Shown piece after piece: positions 10,444 through 24,367 of a stretch of 41,648 nucleotides of DNA (its first letter is position 1; every line of letters begins with the position of its first letter). The stretch covers positions 47,465,422 through 47,507,069 of the forward strand of contig NC_068989.1 in assembly GCF_001194135.2 (NCBI RefSeq). The letters are read 5' to 3'. The position numbers and the translations under genes are program-made. The stretch is from Octopus bimaculoides (Eukaryota). The notes below the pieces were generated by a model. The model worked only from the letters and a program-made list of their open reading frames with translations. It searched no databases and had not been told where the DNA came from.

Positions 10444-13400
10444 TACAAATACATATATATGTGTGTGTGTTTGTGAGACTCAAACACACACTCTCACAGA
10501 TAGGCATGCATACATACATACGTGCATACATATATACATCCTTCTTGATGCTTCAATTATAAATTTCAAAGATTAATATAATTACATTCAGACATAAGAC
10601 TAACAATCAGTATTAATCTTCTTGTTCGTACCAGATTTCAGTGACGTTGTAGAACTCATTTCCATGGAAGAATCGACAATATAATAGAACATATGCACCC
10701 ACACACATGCACATACACTCATACAGATGAAAATACATATACATCCACACTCAGAGAGAAAAGATGACAGAGAAGATATGTTTCTGAGTTTACGAACAAG
10801 TATACTTTCTGTTTCTCTCATCGGCTCTTTGTCCTTGCCTCCCCCGACTCTCTCTCTTTGTCTCCCTCCCATTCTTTCTTAGACACATACACACACACAC
10901 ATTTTATAATTGAACATCCTTCTTATCCAGAATCCTTATAATTTTCCAAACAAAGTAATCTTTTCCTCCATGGTCGGACATGTTGCTAAAGAACATTGAA
11001 AAATGAAGGACCTTCCTAGCAAGACGACGAGGTTTGTTTATAATTGTCATACAATATCAATACACGTACACACCCATATACAAACAGACGCACCCCTATA
11101 CATACAATTTCAATTTATGTCTACCATATTAACTCACAGGACTGAACGCTTTGGTGCAAAAGAAGAGACTAGACTCAAGGTGCAACGCTACTGAAATGAA
11201 ACAGAAACCATATGGTTGGAAATCATTTTTGAACACACTNNNNNNNNNNNNNNNNNNNNNNNNNNNNNNNNNNNNNNNNNNNNNNNNNNNNNNNNNNNNN
11301 NNNNNNNNNNNNNNNNNNNNNNNNNNNNNNNNNNNNNNNNNNNNNNNNNNNNNNNNNNNNNNNNNNNNNNNNNNNNNNNNNNNNNNNNNNNNNNNNNNNN
11401 NNNNNNNNNNNNNNNNNNNNNNNNNNNNNNNNNNNNNNNNNNNNNNNNNNNNNNNNNNNNNNNNNNNNNNNNNNNNNNNNNNNNNNNNNNNNNNNNNNNN
11501 NNNNNNNNNNNNNNNNNNNNNNNNNNNNNNNNNNNNNNNNNNNNNNNNNNNNNNNNNNNNNNNNNNNNNNNNNNNNNNNNNNNNNNNNNNNNNNNNNNNN
11601 NNNNNNNNNNNNNNNNNNNNNNNNNNNNNNNNNNNNNNNNNNNNNNNNNNNNNNNNNNNNNNNNNNNNNNNNNNNNNNNNNNNNNNNNNNNNNNNNNNNN
11701 NNNNNNNNNNNNNNNNNNNNNNNNNNNNNNNNNNNNNNNNNNNNNNNNNNNNNNNNNNNNNNNNNNNNNNNNNNNNNNNNNNNNNNNNNNNNNNNNNNNN
11801 NNNNAATACATGCTCTTCGTGCTAAATTCGGCAATATTTTGGTTTCCTTTTTCTCGGGAGCATATGTTGGTGAATAGTCAACAGCGTTGGAGATCATTAG
11901 GATAAAATCCTAATGGTTTCATTCAGAGCTGCACCTAGAGCCAAAAATATAATGATGATTACCTCCAAGCCCCGGAGAGAGGTACTATGCTCATGTAAGG
12001 TTAACCGTGAGTAGGTAGTCGATACAACAAGGCGGTTGTAGTCTATGAATCAGATGGAGACGAGCAGTAGCAGCAACAACAGCAGCAGTAACAGAAACAA
12101 TAGCAGCAGCAACTCCAACAATGTTAGGGCGCACGCGGAAACGCTGGAGCAACAGAGGGCCATTTTCAGACCAGATTAAATAAGCAAAAGTCCTCTTATA
12201 TGATCCAGAGAGATCTAACGTTACGACATTAGCCAGTGATATATGGCATTTAAAACAAGTGGGAACAACGTTGGACATATCTCAACGGAAGCAGACGATG
12301 CAAACCTTGCTTGGCCGAGAAGAAAATAGCCCTAAATTATTCACAGGATTCAAGTGCTTTCTCGAATTTAAAAAGTAATATTTATAGTCGGTGATCTCAT
12401 GCTACAACACTTGTTTTGGTAACGTGGTCTGGTGTGTCCTGTTTGCATATTAGTCAATAAAAAACGTACGTAAACTTACTCATTTCCGACAAAGCTGGAA
12501 CCGTTTAAATATAGGTAATCTTGTCACTCCCAGAATGGACATTTTCGTTTCGAGGATGTCTTTTGATCAGAGTATTATTTTCTACTACCAAACTAACTGA
12601 AACTGCATTTTTAACTCTATTGGTAAAGTCTGTTGCACCGCCTAAATCACCATGTGCAATGATAAACATNNNNNNNNNNNNNNNNNNNNNNNNNNNNNNN
12701 NNNNNNNNNNNNNNNNNNNNNNNNNNNNNNNNNNNNNNNNNNNNNNNNNNNNNNNNNNNNNNNNNNNNNNNNNNNNNNNNNNNNNNNNNNNNNNNNNNNN
12801 NNNNNNNNNNNNNNNNNNNNNNNNNNNNNNNNNNNNNNNNNNNNNNNNNNNNNNNNNNNNNNNNNNNNNNNNNNNNNNNNNNNNNNNNNNNNNNNNNNNN
12901 NNNNNNNNNNNNNNNNNNNNNNNNNNNNNNNNNNNNNNNNNNNNNNNNNNNNNNNNNNNNNNNNNNNNNNNNNNNNNNNNNNNNNNNNNNNNNNNNNNNN
13001 NNNNNNNNNNNNNNNNNNNNNNNNNNNNNNNNNNNNNNNNNNNNNNNNNNNNNNNNNNNNNNNNNNNNNNNNNNNNNNNNNNNNNNNNNNNNNNNNNNNN
13101 NNNNNNNNNNNNNNNNNNNNNNNNNNNNNNNNNNNNNNNNNNNNNNNNNNNNNNNNNNNNNNNNNNNNNNNNNNNNNNNNNNNNNNNTATATATACATAT
13201 ATATATCTTACCCAATAGACAAACAAGCATAGAGGCACGCATATACGCTTGAAATAAAATATACGTGTACATTAATTAACATTGACATAGATACTCTAAT
13301 ATATCAAAAATACTTATGCAAGCTAAAATGTATACAATGTATACAAATGCTCATTGTTAAATATGTTCACGCACAGAATATACAAAACTAGGCAAATACA

Positions 13401-13599
13401 TGTATATATGTTTATAACGTATGGATATATGTATATTTCTCGATAGCTTTAGAAACAGGAAGAAATATTATGCATAGTAATGTAACTAGCCTACACACAA
13501 ACATAGATAAATAAGACAAAAGAATGAGAGAGACGTAATAATTATTTAATGCTATAAAATGTACTAAGAGATATCGGTATTTAAACTATAGGATATATA

Positions 13600-14053
13600 T
13601 TTAACACGTCACTGGATATAGAAAGTGGCTTAACGTTTGGGATGTTTGTCCCTCGTCAGAAAAAAGAAAGATGGAAACCTAGGAGATTTTATGGAAAGAT
13701 GGAAGATGGGAGCCTTGGAGATGTTAGGGAGGAAAATGAAAATGAAGTTTAAAAACCAGCTTGTAATCATGTCCTATAGTAAGACGATAACAAGAGACGA
13801 AGGGTCGTGTGTATAAAGTGTGTCCGTGTCTGGAAGAGTGTATAAGAAGGAGTGGAGTTTGTGTGCTAGTGTGATGCATGTATGTATACAGATGAGTACA
13901 AGTGCAAAAATATAATGGCGTTGGTTAGTGACGATGTCTATGTATTAGCTTAAATGGGTAGAATGAAAGTGTTTTAGTGATGAAGTAAGAGTTGATGCGA
14001 GTGTGAGGGAATAAAGGTACCGATGAAACAAATGGGACGGTTAAGAGAAAGTT
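13600..14053 (-). mobile_element. Probable Penelope-like 3' remnant with a degenerate hammerhead motif
   Basis: Pyrimidine-rich minus strand ending in CTGACGA-GGGAC-AAAC-ATCCC-AAAC-GTTAAG (13659-13630); the G of GAAA is missing. Confidence 0.4.
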
Positions 14054-14067
14054 GGAATGTGTTACTG

Positions 14068-14448
14068 GTGGAGGCACAATGGCCCAGTGGTTAGGGCAGC
14101 GGACTCGCGGTCATAGGATCACGGTTTCAATTCCCAGACCGGGTGTTGTGGGTGTTTAATGAGCGAAAACACCTAAAGCTCCACGAGGCTCCGGCAGGAG
14201 ATGGTGGTGAACCCTGCAGTAGTATTTCACCACAACTTTCTCTCACTCTTACTTCCTGTTTCTGCTGTGCCTGTAATTCAAAGGGTCAGCCTTGTCACAC
14301 TGTGCCACGCTGAATATCCCCGAGAACTACGTTAAGGGTACACGTGTCTGTGGAGTGCTCAGCCACTTTCACGTTAATTTCACGAGCAGGCTGTTCCGTT
14401 GATCGGATCAACTGGAACCCACGACGTCGTAAGCGACGGAGTGCCAAC
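14068..14448 (+). mobile_element. tRNA-derived SINE with an RTE-like tail (Ceph-SINE-like), full length with TSD
   Basis: A box TGGCCCAGTGG, B-box-like GGTTTCAATTCCC, tail GATCAACTGGAACCC...GACGGAGTGCCAAC. Flanked by GGAATGTGTTA(C/T)TG at 14054-14067 and 14449-14462. Confidence 0.9.
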
Positions 14449-16092
14449 GGAATGTGTTATTGATATGTGTGCCAATATATAATAAAAGTAACAGGGGAGA
14501 GAAAACGTTTTTAAACAAAGAGGGAGACACGGAAAATTTGTTAGAGTGTTCAAGGGATGATGAGACCGGATAAAATAGACTGTATAGTTTCCTAGTTACT
14601 TTTGTGAGTTATATTTTTTCTTTTTAAACATTCTTCTGCAACGCTCGTCCGTTTAGTATTATCAGAATGAATACGAAATATGTTATTAAACCAAAAGATT
14701 CGGCAAATTAAGCAAAATTTAATTAATAAAATTCTCTGAGCAATTAACTTGCTTACAGGTATGATGCAATACATTGTTTACGAGGATAATTACCAACTGG
14801 ATGTTAGACAGGACTTTACCAAAACATTAGTAGTTAGGTGTTAGATGTATTGTATTTAGTCGAACGAAGCACTTAGGGAGGTGTAGAGTTTGCTATGTCT
14901 ACCAATAAGTGAAATGTTATAAATTACCAAGTGACAGAAAGATCCCATATTTATAAAGGCTACAATCTATGTAAGAAGACTACGAAGACGGCTAAATAAC
15001 TGAGGACAGCAAAACTTACGTAGATGACATGCGAAACAAAGTGATATTTTTGAGACAAGAATAGACAGTAAAGGGATGTAAACAGCGGGAGTATTTGCAT
15101 ATGGACGAGTAGATGTTATGAAGGCAAGCAAAAGAGTGAGAACCGGTCCAAGGTGACAGTTGGAAGGATGGGAAAAATTGATGTTTTGGTGCAGTCAACC
15201 AAACACGAGGAGTAACGACGTCTAAAACAATGTTTGTATGAATGTGTCACCGAGTATAGGAAAATCTGTGAGACAGATAGAAAGTTTATAGAAAGTTTAT
15301 AGAAAGAATAGGTGTGTCAGCATACCGGTGTGTGTGTGTGTGNNNNNNNNNNNNNNNNNNNNNNNNNNNNNNNNNNNNNNNNNNNNNNNNNNNNNNNNNN
15401 NNNNNNNNNNNNNNNNNNNNNNNNNNNNNNNNNNNNNNNNNNNNNNNNNNNNNNNNNNNNNNNNNNNNNNNNNNNNNNNNNNNNNNNNNNNNNNNNNNNN
15501 NNNNNNNNNNNNNNNNNNNNNNNNNNNNNNNNNNNNNNNNNNNNNNNNNNNNNNNNNNNNNNNNNNNNNNNNNNNNNNNNNNNNNNNNNNNNNNNNNNNN
15601 NNNNNNNNNNNNNNNNNNNNNNNNNNNNNNNNNNNNNNNNNNNNNNNNNNNNNNNNNNNNNNNNNNNNNNNNNNNNNNNNNNNNNNNNNNNNNNNNNNNN
15701 NNNNNNNNNNNNNNNNNNNNNNNNNNNNNNNNNNNNNNNNNNNNNNNNNNNNNNNNNNNNNNNNNNNNNNNNNNNNNNNNNNNNNNNNNNNNNNNNNNNN
15801 NNNNNNNNNNNNNNNNNNNNNNNNNNNNNNNNNNNNNNNNNNNNNNNNNNNNNNNNNNNNTATACGTATGTATGTATGTATGTATGTATATGTATATGTG
15901 TGTAAACGTGCGTGTAAATGCATTTATTTATCTTAAATGTCACTGTCAAATATTTCTTTGGAAAAGTTTTATAATGACGTACTCTACTAAAAACTAATGA
16001 GTAATCCATCGGTTTAATGTTAAATTATTTTTTATGTAGAACTTCACATAAAAACACACACACAGACACTCACACATACATACATACATACA

Positions 16093-16126
<34 letters not shown>

Positions 16127-17305
16127 CATACATATATATTTGCATATATATAAACATTTATTTATATACGTGCATATGTGTGTGCTTCAGTGCGTATTTG
16201 TGGAGGGTTAAAATGTCGAGAGTAAATCGGTACAAATGCTGATTAAGTTGGAATTAAAGTTTTAAAATTAATTGCGTATAATTTCCCAAATCCTAATTAA
16301 TATTATCTATTAGGATAAGAGATTAATGTGAAATATTATTAACTGTTAAGTATTGTATCACAATAGGAAACATGTTCTGAATGTCATTTAAGAATGAAAT
16401 TCATTCGCTGAGATTACCGCATAGCTTTCAACTGCACGGCCGTTAATCTTTTATTTTTAAAAAATTTTTGAGTACATGGCTTACTTTTCAAAGTAGAATT
16501 TTTTTTCTTTGCAAAAATACTCATGCTTCCATCATTCTTATAATGTTCCACGCTTTTGATTAAGATGTATCAGTTACCGACAATCTTTTTTTTCTTTTTT
16601 TGGCAAAATGCAATATAAATTGAGCCAATTGTACATGTATTGAAAGAAACCACATTTGAAAACTTTCTACGATCACCGTCGGGAATCTTATGATATTGCT
16701 GAAATTAGTGAAATCATGGGGTTTAATTTAAATAAATATTTTGAGAACCAAATCGTCCCCCTTCAAGAGTTTCCGGTTACTTTTGTATACCCCATCGGAT
16801 ATAGATATGCATATGTTTTATATATACATGCGTACACACACGGATACACACACGCACAAACAAATATGTAAAGATTCATATGTACGACATGTATCTTCGT
16901 CTGACCGTATAAACATGCGTAGGTGCTAATTTATAGAGCATACCTCTGTGTGTATGAGAGAGTGTGTGCATGTTTGTCTGTCTGTGTGTGTTTGTATTTG
17001 CTTGTCTCTTATATCTGTTTACAATTCTATTATCCTTTTCGTCTTTCTCTTCCTACTTTCTTTTTGTAGCATACTCATTCAATATTGTCCTGACATAATT
17101 TATTACCGTTTGTTATTGCTTTTTTTATTACAACCCTCAGGCATTTTGGATGCATAAAATATATTTTTTTCGAATGCATCGTGTACAAGTATACACACAC
17201 ACAACCATATATTGGTGTGTATGTGTGTGTGAGCGCGAGTAGGCGTGTGCATGTATATATATATATATATATGCACAGACACACACAGCCTTGTATACAT
17301 ACATA

Positions 17306-17449
<144 letters not shown>

Positions 17450-17512
17450 AATAACTTGTTCTAATTATCTGAACGAGATATTCAGCAATAGTACCAAGTA
17501 GTAAAGTTTATA

Positions 17513-17692
17513 TGCCAACAAAATGTGGTAATCATATAAAAGACGATGTTACTGTTGTTTTAGTCCCAGGGAAACATCTTTTCCAGCTGGCTATCGACAC
17601 ACAGTTTGTGTCCGGATAACATTTGCAAGGGAGGTCGTCGCTCCCATCTCTAGCCGTACGTGATACGCACAGACCTGGGTTTCTAGGTGATT
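17513..17692 (+). repeat. Diverged interspersed copy of the 25457-25844 arm plus adjacent spacer
   Basis: GATGTTACTGTTGTTTTAGTCCCAGG...CCAGCTGGCTATCGACACAC...TTTGCAAGGGAGG...GACCTGGGTTTC aligns to the reverse complement of about 25675-25844. Confidence 0.8.
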
Positions 17693-17702
17693 ACCACATG
17701 TG

Positions 17703-17910
17703 TGTGAGTGAGAGGGAGAAAGAGTGAGTGAGTGAGTGAGTAAGTGAGTGGATGAGTGAGTGAGTGTGAGAGAGAGAGTAAGTGAGTGAGTGAGTGAGTG
17801 AATGAGTGAGTGAGTGAGTGGGTGAGTGAGTGAGTGATTGATTGAGTGAGTGAGTGAGTGAGTGAGTGTGTGTGAGTGAGTGAGTGAGTGAGTGAGTGAC
17901 AGAGTGAGTG
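17703..17910. repeat. (TGAG)n tetranucleotide tract
   Basis: Direct reading. Confidence 0.95.
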
Positions 17911-18029
17911 AAGGTGTGTTGTCATGTATATGTAAGTGGCACTCACTCTCTCTCTCACACGCAAACACTATGTTTCATATACACGTACATACATAAATAC
18001 ATATACACACATCTTTTTGGTATGTATGC

Positions 18030-18108
<79 letters not shown>

Positions 18109-18289
18109 NNNNNNNNNNNNNNNNNNNNNNNNNNNNNNNNNNNNNNNNNNNNNNNNNNNNNNNNNNNNNNNNNNNNNNNNNNNNNNNNNNNNNNNNNNNN
18201 NNNNNNNNNNNNNNNNNNNNNNNNNNNNNNNNNNNNNNNNNNNNNNNNNNNNNNNNNNNNNNNNNNNNNNNNNNNNNNNNNNNNNNNNN

Positions 18290-18340
<51 letters not shown>
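18030..18340. repeat. (TG)n-(AG)n tract spanning an N gap
   Basis: Direct reading. Confidence 0.93.
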
Positions 18341-18344
<4 letters not shown>

Positions 18345-18689
18345 ATCCTTATATGCCATGTTTGCAATTCTCCATATTCTCTTTTCTAATTAAATAGTAA
18401 AAACGAGAGAAAATATCACCCCCTCTTTTGCAAGAGAAATTAATTTTGGCTGTAAGGTCTAAACCCCTTGTTTCACTATCACAATTAAAAAGCGTTTCTC
18501 TTTACTTTACAAAAAAGGATGTGGGGTCGTAGACGTATGACGGAGAATTATTCAATATCGTGTTTGTTTCTATGAGAATCGTTTACCTGTTCATTCGCTT
18601 AAGATTCAGAAATTGTTGCGTGCGCGCACACCAACACAGAAAATTTCCAGACATTTAGCTGTTAATTTTTGCAGTTCATTTTCAATTTT

Positions 18690-19525
18690 TATCTCACCGG
18701 TAGATGATACTGTGACGACATTTTCGGACAACTCCTTATCATGTGGGTGATATATTATGTGCTAGCTCCACAAAGTCTGCATCAATTGTCTTATTTTCCT
18801 GCTTCTTTCACTTTTATTCATCAGGTATTTGGTTGGTATTTCCTGTTCCTGGATTGCAAAAGCATACCTTTCAAAGTGGGAGGAAGTAATTCGGTTACTG
18901 GTCCATGATAAACTGCTTTGACAGTTTTCCCCTTTCATAACTATATAACAACATTTGTCCTGACTAAACTCCAACCCTACATCTTTTGAGAATGTAACAA
19001 GGACAAGTCTCTTTTTCATCACGTGTATATTCTTTGCATAGAGTTTCAAGTCATCCACAAAAAAAGTTTTGTGTAGTTTTGGTATTTCTGTTTCCTTGAG
19101 AACCAGTGAGATATCCTTCACACTTCCTTAACATGAATTACAAGGGGTTCACAGAAAGTATAAACACCAACACAGAGAGGTTGTCCCCTTGAAATATTCT
19201 TTTGCGATACTGCATTGGTTCAGTGAAAATACAATTTTGACATGGTCACTCACGATGAAGTCACGCCAGCTATGTCTTTGACTATGCTCACTGGAACTTT
19301 AACAAGTTGAAGAGCTTCTAGCATCCATGAGTGTAGAACAGAGTCAACGGGTTCCTTGTACTCAAGCCACATTGACACTAGATTCCTCCCATGCGCCTGC
19401 ACCCCTGACATCACAGTTTTATTGATTAACAGTTGCTCGGTATAACTCCAGACTCCCTTCTTCCCAGTTGGTTGTTCTTCTGTGATGATTTTATTAGTCT
19501 CACAACGGTCTTGGAGAAAGAGGTT
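18690..19525 (-). mobile_element. R4/Dong-clade LINE fragment (RT + CCHC), internally deleted
   Basis: Hand translation across frameshifts: IITEEQPTGKKGVWSYTEQLLINK; WLEYKEPVDSVLHSWMLEAL; IFQGDNLSVLVFILSVNPL; FFVDDLKLYAKN; WTSNRITSSHFERYAFAIQEQEIPTKYL; CRLCGAST*YITHMIRSCPKMS. Confidence 0.9.
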
Positions 19526-19543
19526 TAAGCTTATGTATGTATG

Positions 19544-19608
<65 letters not shown>

Positions 19609-20819
19609 NNNNNNNNNNNNNNNNNNNNNNNNNNNNNNNNNNNNNNNNNNNNNNNNNNNNNNNNNNNNNNNNNNNNNNNNNNNNNNNNNNNNNNNNNNNN
19701 NNNNNNNNNNNNNNNNNNNNNNNNNNNNNNNNNNNNNNNNNNNNNNNNNNNNNNNNNNNNNNNNNNNNNNNNNNNNNNNNNNNNNNNNNNNNNNNNNNNN
19801 NNNNNNNNNNNNNNNNNNNNNNNNNNNNNNNNNNNNNNNNNNNNNNNNNNNNNNNNNNNNNNNNNNNNNNNNNNNNNNNNNNNNNNNNNNNNNNNNNNNN
19901 NNNNNNNNNNNNNNNNNNNNNNNNNNNNNNNNNNNNNNNNNNNNNNNNNNNNNNNNNNNNNNNNNNNNNNNNNNNNNNNNNNNNNNNNNNNNNNNNNNNN
20001 NNNNNNNNNNNNNNNNNNNNNNNNNNNNNNNNNNNNNNNNNNNNNNNNNNNNNNNNNNNNNNNNNNNNNNNNNNNNNNNNNNNNNNNNNNNNNNNNNNNN
20101 NNNNNNNNNNNNNNNNNNNNNNNNNNNNNNNNNNNNNNNNNNNNNNNNNNNNNNNNNNNNNNNNNNNNNNNNNNNNNNNNNNNNNNNNNNNNNNNTATAA
20201 TATTTAAAAATTCAAATAAGTTATCGCTATAAAAATAATGATAAAGTGGTCAGCAAACTTTATTCAAATAATATATATATATATATATACATACATATAT
20301 ACATATATACATATATACATATATAATAATTTATAATAAACGAGAACAGAGATTTATATCCAGTTTTATTCAACAGTGAATTGCTTCTTTTCATTTCTGC
20401 ACCTACACATGTTTCTGCATCAACTAATGCACACTGCAGAATTTGCATCTTTACGTGCATGTGTTGTTGCGTGTGTGTGTCGGTGTGTTTGCGTGCGTGC
20501 GTGCGTGCGTGAGTGTATACTATTGTCATAAATGATTAAAGTTTTATCAGATGTGTAATGCAACTTCAATTCTCACCAAATATATAACATTATTAAAAAC
20601 ACACATTTCCCGCATTGGAAGGATCATTCTTTATAATGCAATTTTAGCTTTCCTTGTGTATATATTGATTGAAGAAGATTAGATCATATTAAGAATGATG
20701 CGTCGGTTGTTTGAAACCCTGGGAATGATCGTCTATTGTAATGTGAACAAGTACAATTCATCTTGGATATTCTAAATAATACATTATTACGCAGCTATAT
20801 ATCGATTTCACTATATACG

Positions 20820-21220
20820 CCACCAATTTTGAGGGGGGCGTTAAGTCGATTACATCGACTCCAATATTCAACTGGTGAACTGGTCCCTGCAATAATGAAA
20901 GACTACTTCGGTTGAATTTGAACTTTAAACGCAAAATCGTACGAAATGCTGCTAAGTATTTTGTCTGGCGTGCTAACGATTCTATCAGCTCACCACCTTA
21001 CGCTGCTATACAGTGGTTTCAAATGTTTACACAAAACCTGCTTGTCCACGGTAGGGGTAAGTCAACTACATCATCGCCAATGCTTAACTGGTACTTATTT
21101 CATCGATCCAAAAGTGGTCAAAAGCAAAGTCGGCCTCGATGGAATTTGAACTCAGAACGTATAGACGAAAATGCCGCTTAGTATTCTGAGCAGTGTTCTA
21201 ACGATTGTGCCCACTCGCTA
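20820..21220 (-). mobile_element. Two tandem Meta-like SINE copies (about 20820-21000 and 21012-21220)
   Basis: Reverse complements of the head (CTAACGATTC...GCTC), GAATTTGAACTCAG and AAAGTCGGCCTCG core. Confidence 0.75.
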
Positions 21221-21261
21221 CTCTACGTTGCTATATATTGGGGCTTCATAATATTTCCATA

Positions 21262-21600
21262 CAGGTGCATGTATAGCTATGTGGTTAAGAAGTTTGCTTT
21301 GCAACCGCGTGGATTCAGGTTCAGTTCCAGTGTGTGGAATTTAGGCAATTTTCTCTTACTATAGCTCCAGCTTGTCTAATGGCTTGTGTGAGAATTTAAT
21401 AGGCGGAAGTTGTGTTGAAGCCGATTGTGTATGTTTGTTGATGTGTGGCTCTTTGTGTATGTTTGTCGTCCTCCACTGTTTGACAATCATTGTTCGTTTA
21501 CAATTCTGTAACCTAACAGTTTGGCAAAGGGGTACGATCGAATAAGGACCAGGTTTTAAGAAAGTAAGTACTGCGGCCGATTTGTCCTACACGGCCCCAG
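21262..21600 (+). mobile_element. CORE-like SINE, diverged
   Basis: GTGGTTAAGAAGTTTGCTTTGCAACC...GGTTCAGTTCCAGTGTGTGG; TTGACAATC; GAATAAG tail motifs shared with 38668-39390. Confidence 0.7.
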
Positions 21601-21669
21601 TCTAATAAATTAAACAAAGAAAATATAAAATATAGTATAATATATGTCAATGTATGTATGTATATGTTC

Positions 21670-22600
21670 AGCAGACATGGGACTCTCTCAGGGACATCAT
21701 CCACAATACTGCACTGAGGGCCTTTAGGAGTGGAGGAGAGAAATGACACAAGACTGATTTGAGGAGAGTGTGAATGAGCTCAGTAGTCCCATGGAGAAGA
21801 AGCATGCTGCTCTGCTGAAGCACAATCACCAACCTACCAGGGCAATGCTGCAAGTATTTAGATCAGCAAGGAACGACATGTAGAAGACAGTGAGATGGTG
21901 CGCAAATGACTACAAGCAACATTAGCGGAATGTATGAGAATGTGAAGTAAGCCATCAGACCAACCCAGAGCAAGATAGCTCCACTCACATTCAGAACAGA
22001 AGTTATCAAGGACAAAAGAAGATGGGTGAAACATTATTCCGAACTTAACGTGAAGGAAAGCAAAATCTCGGACGTTGTAGAACACCTACCTGTGTTGGAG
22101 GAGCTGGACACACTGCCAACTGCTGAAGAATTGAGCAGAGCCATTGATAGCTTGCCCACTGGAAAAGCACTGGGTTTGGTTGGCATTCCACCAGATATCA
22201 TCAGATGTGCAAGGAAAGTTTAACTCAGCTACCTGCTGAAGCTACTGTGTCAGTGCAGTGCTGAGAGGCGGGAACAGTCCCGCAAAACATGAGAGACGGC
22301 AACATTATCGCGCTATGTAAGAACAAAGGGGACAAAAGCGACTGCAGAAGTGCCGAGAGCAAAACTAACTACTCTTTATTACTTTCCTTGAGTTCACAAG
22401 ACTCTTCAGTATTGTCCACTCATTTCACGCGGATATGGAAGGCGTCGTTCAATTTGATGACTCTTCTTTGTAGGCATTCAACATAAGTAGGGGCGTGAAG
22501 CAGAACTATGTGCTTACCCCCACTCTGTTTGGCATCTTCATTGCAGTGATGCTGAAACATGCATTTGAGACATCGACTGATGGTGTTTACCTTCAGTCGG
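21670..22600 (+). mobile_element. RTE-clade LINE fragment (linker + RT start), decayed, internally deleted
   Basis: WDSLRDIIHNTALRAF; ELDTLPTAEELSRAIDSLPTGKALGLVGIPPD; MRDGNIIALCKNKGDKSDC; then RGVKQNYVLTPTLFGIFIAVMLKHAF. Confidence 0.9.
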
Positions 22601-22875
22601 GAAACCGGCCCTTAAGAGTTAGGCATGGCTCGAGAAGAAACAAACAACAATAATACACGGCCACTCATACTCACACACATATAATAATTGAAGTTTTCAT
22701 CGCATCATTAGTTTGGCATTTATAACTGTGCATCTTGCAGGTGTTGAACTTATATAGGTCTTTTAAATCAATTCCTTTCTAATAGTTTGCTTTCTGCTTT
22801 AGAAATCAAATTTAAGCACAAATTTAAATTCGATGCTCTCCCTTTGCATATGTTATACTGAAAAAAAAGAAAAGA

Positions 22876-22887
<12 letters not shown>

Positions 22888-22948
<61 letters not shown>

Positions 22949-22990
22949 GATAGATAGATATAATATATATATATGTATATGTATATATAT
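22888..22990. repeat. (TA)n-(GATA)n-(TA)n tract
   Basis: Direct reading. Confidence 0.93.
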
Positions 22991-23162
22991 ATTATTCGGT
23001 TGACATTGAACATATTTGTATTATTCTGACAAACACTTCCTTTACGTTTATCAATTATTTTTTATGCATATGTATGCATTTGCACGTATATAAGTATATA
23101 CGTATGTATATATGTGTAAATGTATATAAATGCACACACACAGGCTTATACACACACACGCG

Positions 23163-23240
<78 letters not shown>

Positions 23241-24367
23241 AATGGTGTGAATGCATGCTCACGCTTGTTTGTAAGTGTAAGTGTGTTTGTGGTTGTCGAC
23301 TCGTGTCTCTGATAAGCACTAAATATATTCCTGTTGCTTGTAAGCTCGTGCAAAGGCAAGAATTTTCCATTTTATATGAAATTCAGTCCTAATAAAACTC
23401 CAGTACACAAAAATGGATTATGCAGTAATGCTTGTGCATTCGTTCTCAGCAATGTGAATAATCAATATGTTGATTGGTTCAGAAAAATATTTTATTGAAT
23501 TAATCATAGATTTTAGTGGACACGTACTTCAAAACAGTAATTTTTTAGATATTATCTGAAACTATGTCACCAGCTAAAAGCATTCTTAATGAAAAACAAA
23601 AGAAACAAACAAAAAAATAGCTGAATTACATTAATACATTAACATAGAATCGAACCAACCGTAGATTATGTTGAACAATATTATGAAGATTATTAGTATT
23701 CATTTATCCTGCATATCCTAAGTTTTACTAAAATAACCAAAATAATCGTAAATCTACACAGGTAGAGAAAGTGCAAGGTGTTATAGTTGAATCTTTCCTT
23801 CAATTTAAGTGTAGGCTTTAATATAAACAAAGGATTTTTAAGCTAGCAAATATGCACTTTCGAAAGTACATGCACAGGAAAACATGTCAGATTAGTGCAT
23901 TAATCTTGTATTAAAGTCAACTATTCTATAACTGAAGATTTCGATATATTTTCCTTATTTCTTTTTCTAATATCAATAGTAACATATATTCAAAACTTAG
24001 AAAATATCAATAATAATGCAACAAGTAATTTCATTATTTCAATAGCATTCCTTTACGTGATGGTTATAGAGCTTGTTCTAATGTGTGTCACACATAGCTA
24101 CATAAAAACGATGATTCAAACCGTCAAAAATTATATCCGTCGTGTAGCGAGGAAATCGGACAGCGCTTTATCGAAGTATATTTGGGAGTTTGGGTGATAA
24201 AAGTTTAGGTGTCATATAAATTAACACTCTTGTGTCTTCAAGAGACAACGACGAGCAAAAGATTATTAGTCAGCAGTATCTACGGAATTACCCATCCTGT
24301 TGAAAATATTCTCAAATGTGAATTAGTTTTAAGTTCGACTATTGGGGAAAATCCTGATACAGTTTTA

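Noticed and set aside
12505-12669. Protein-like frame FIIAHGDLGGATDFTNRVKN...
   Set aside because: Truncated by a gap, no recognisable family, and the nearby donor does not keep the frame open.
15017-15028. YVDD RT-like motif on the plus strand
   Set aside because: Short frame bounded by stops, with no other RT motifs nearby.
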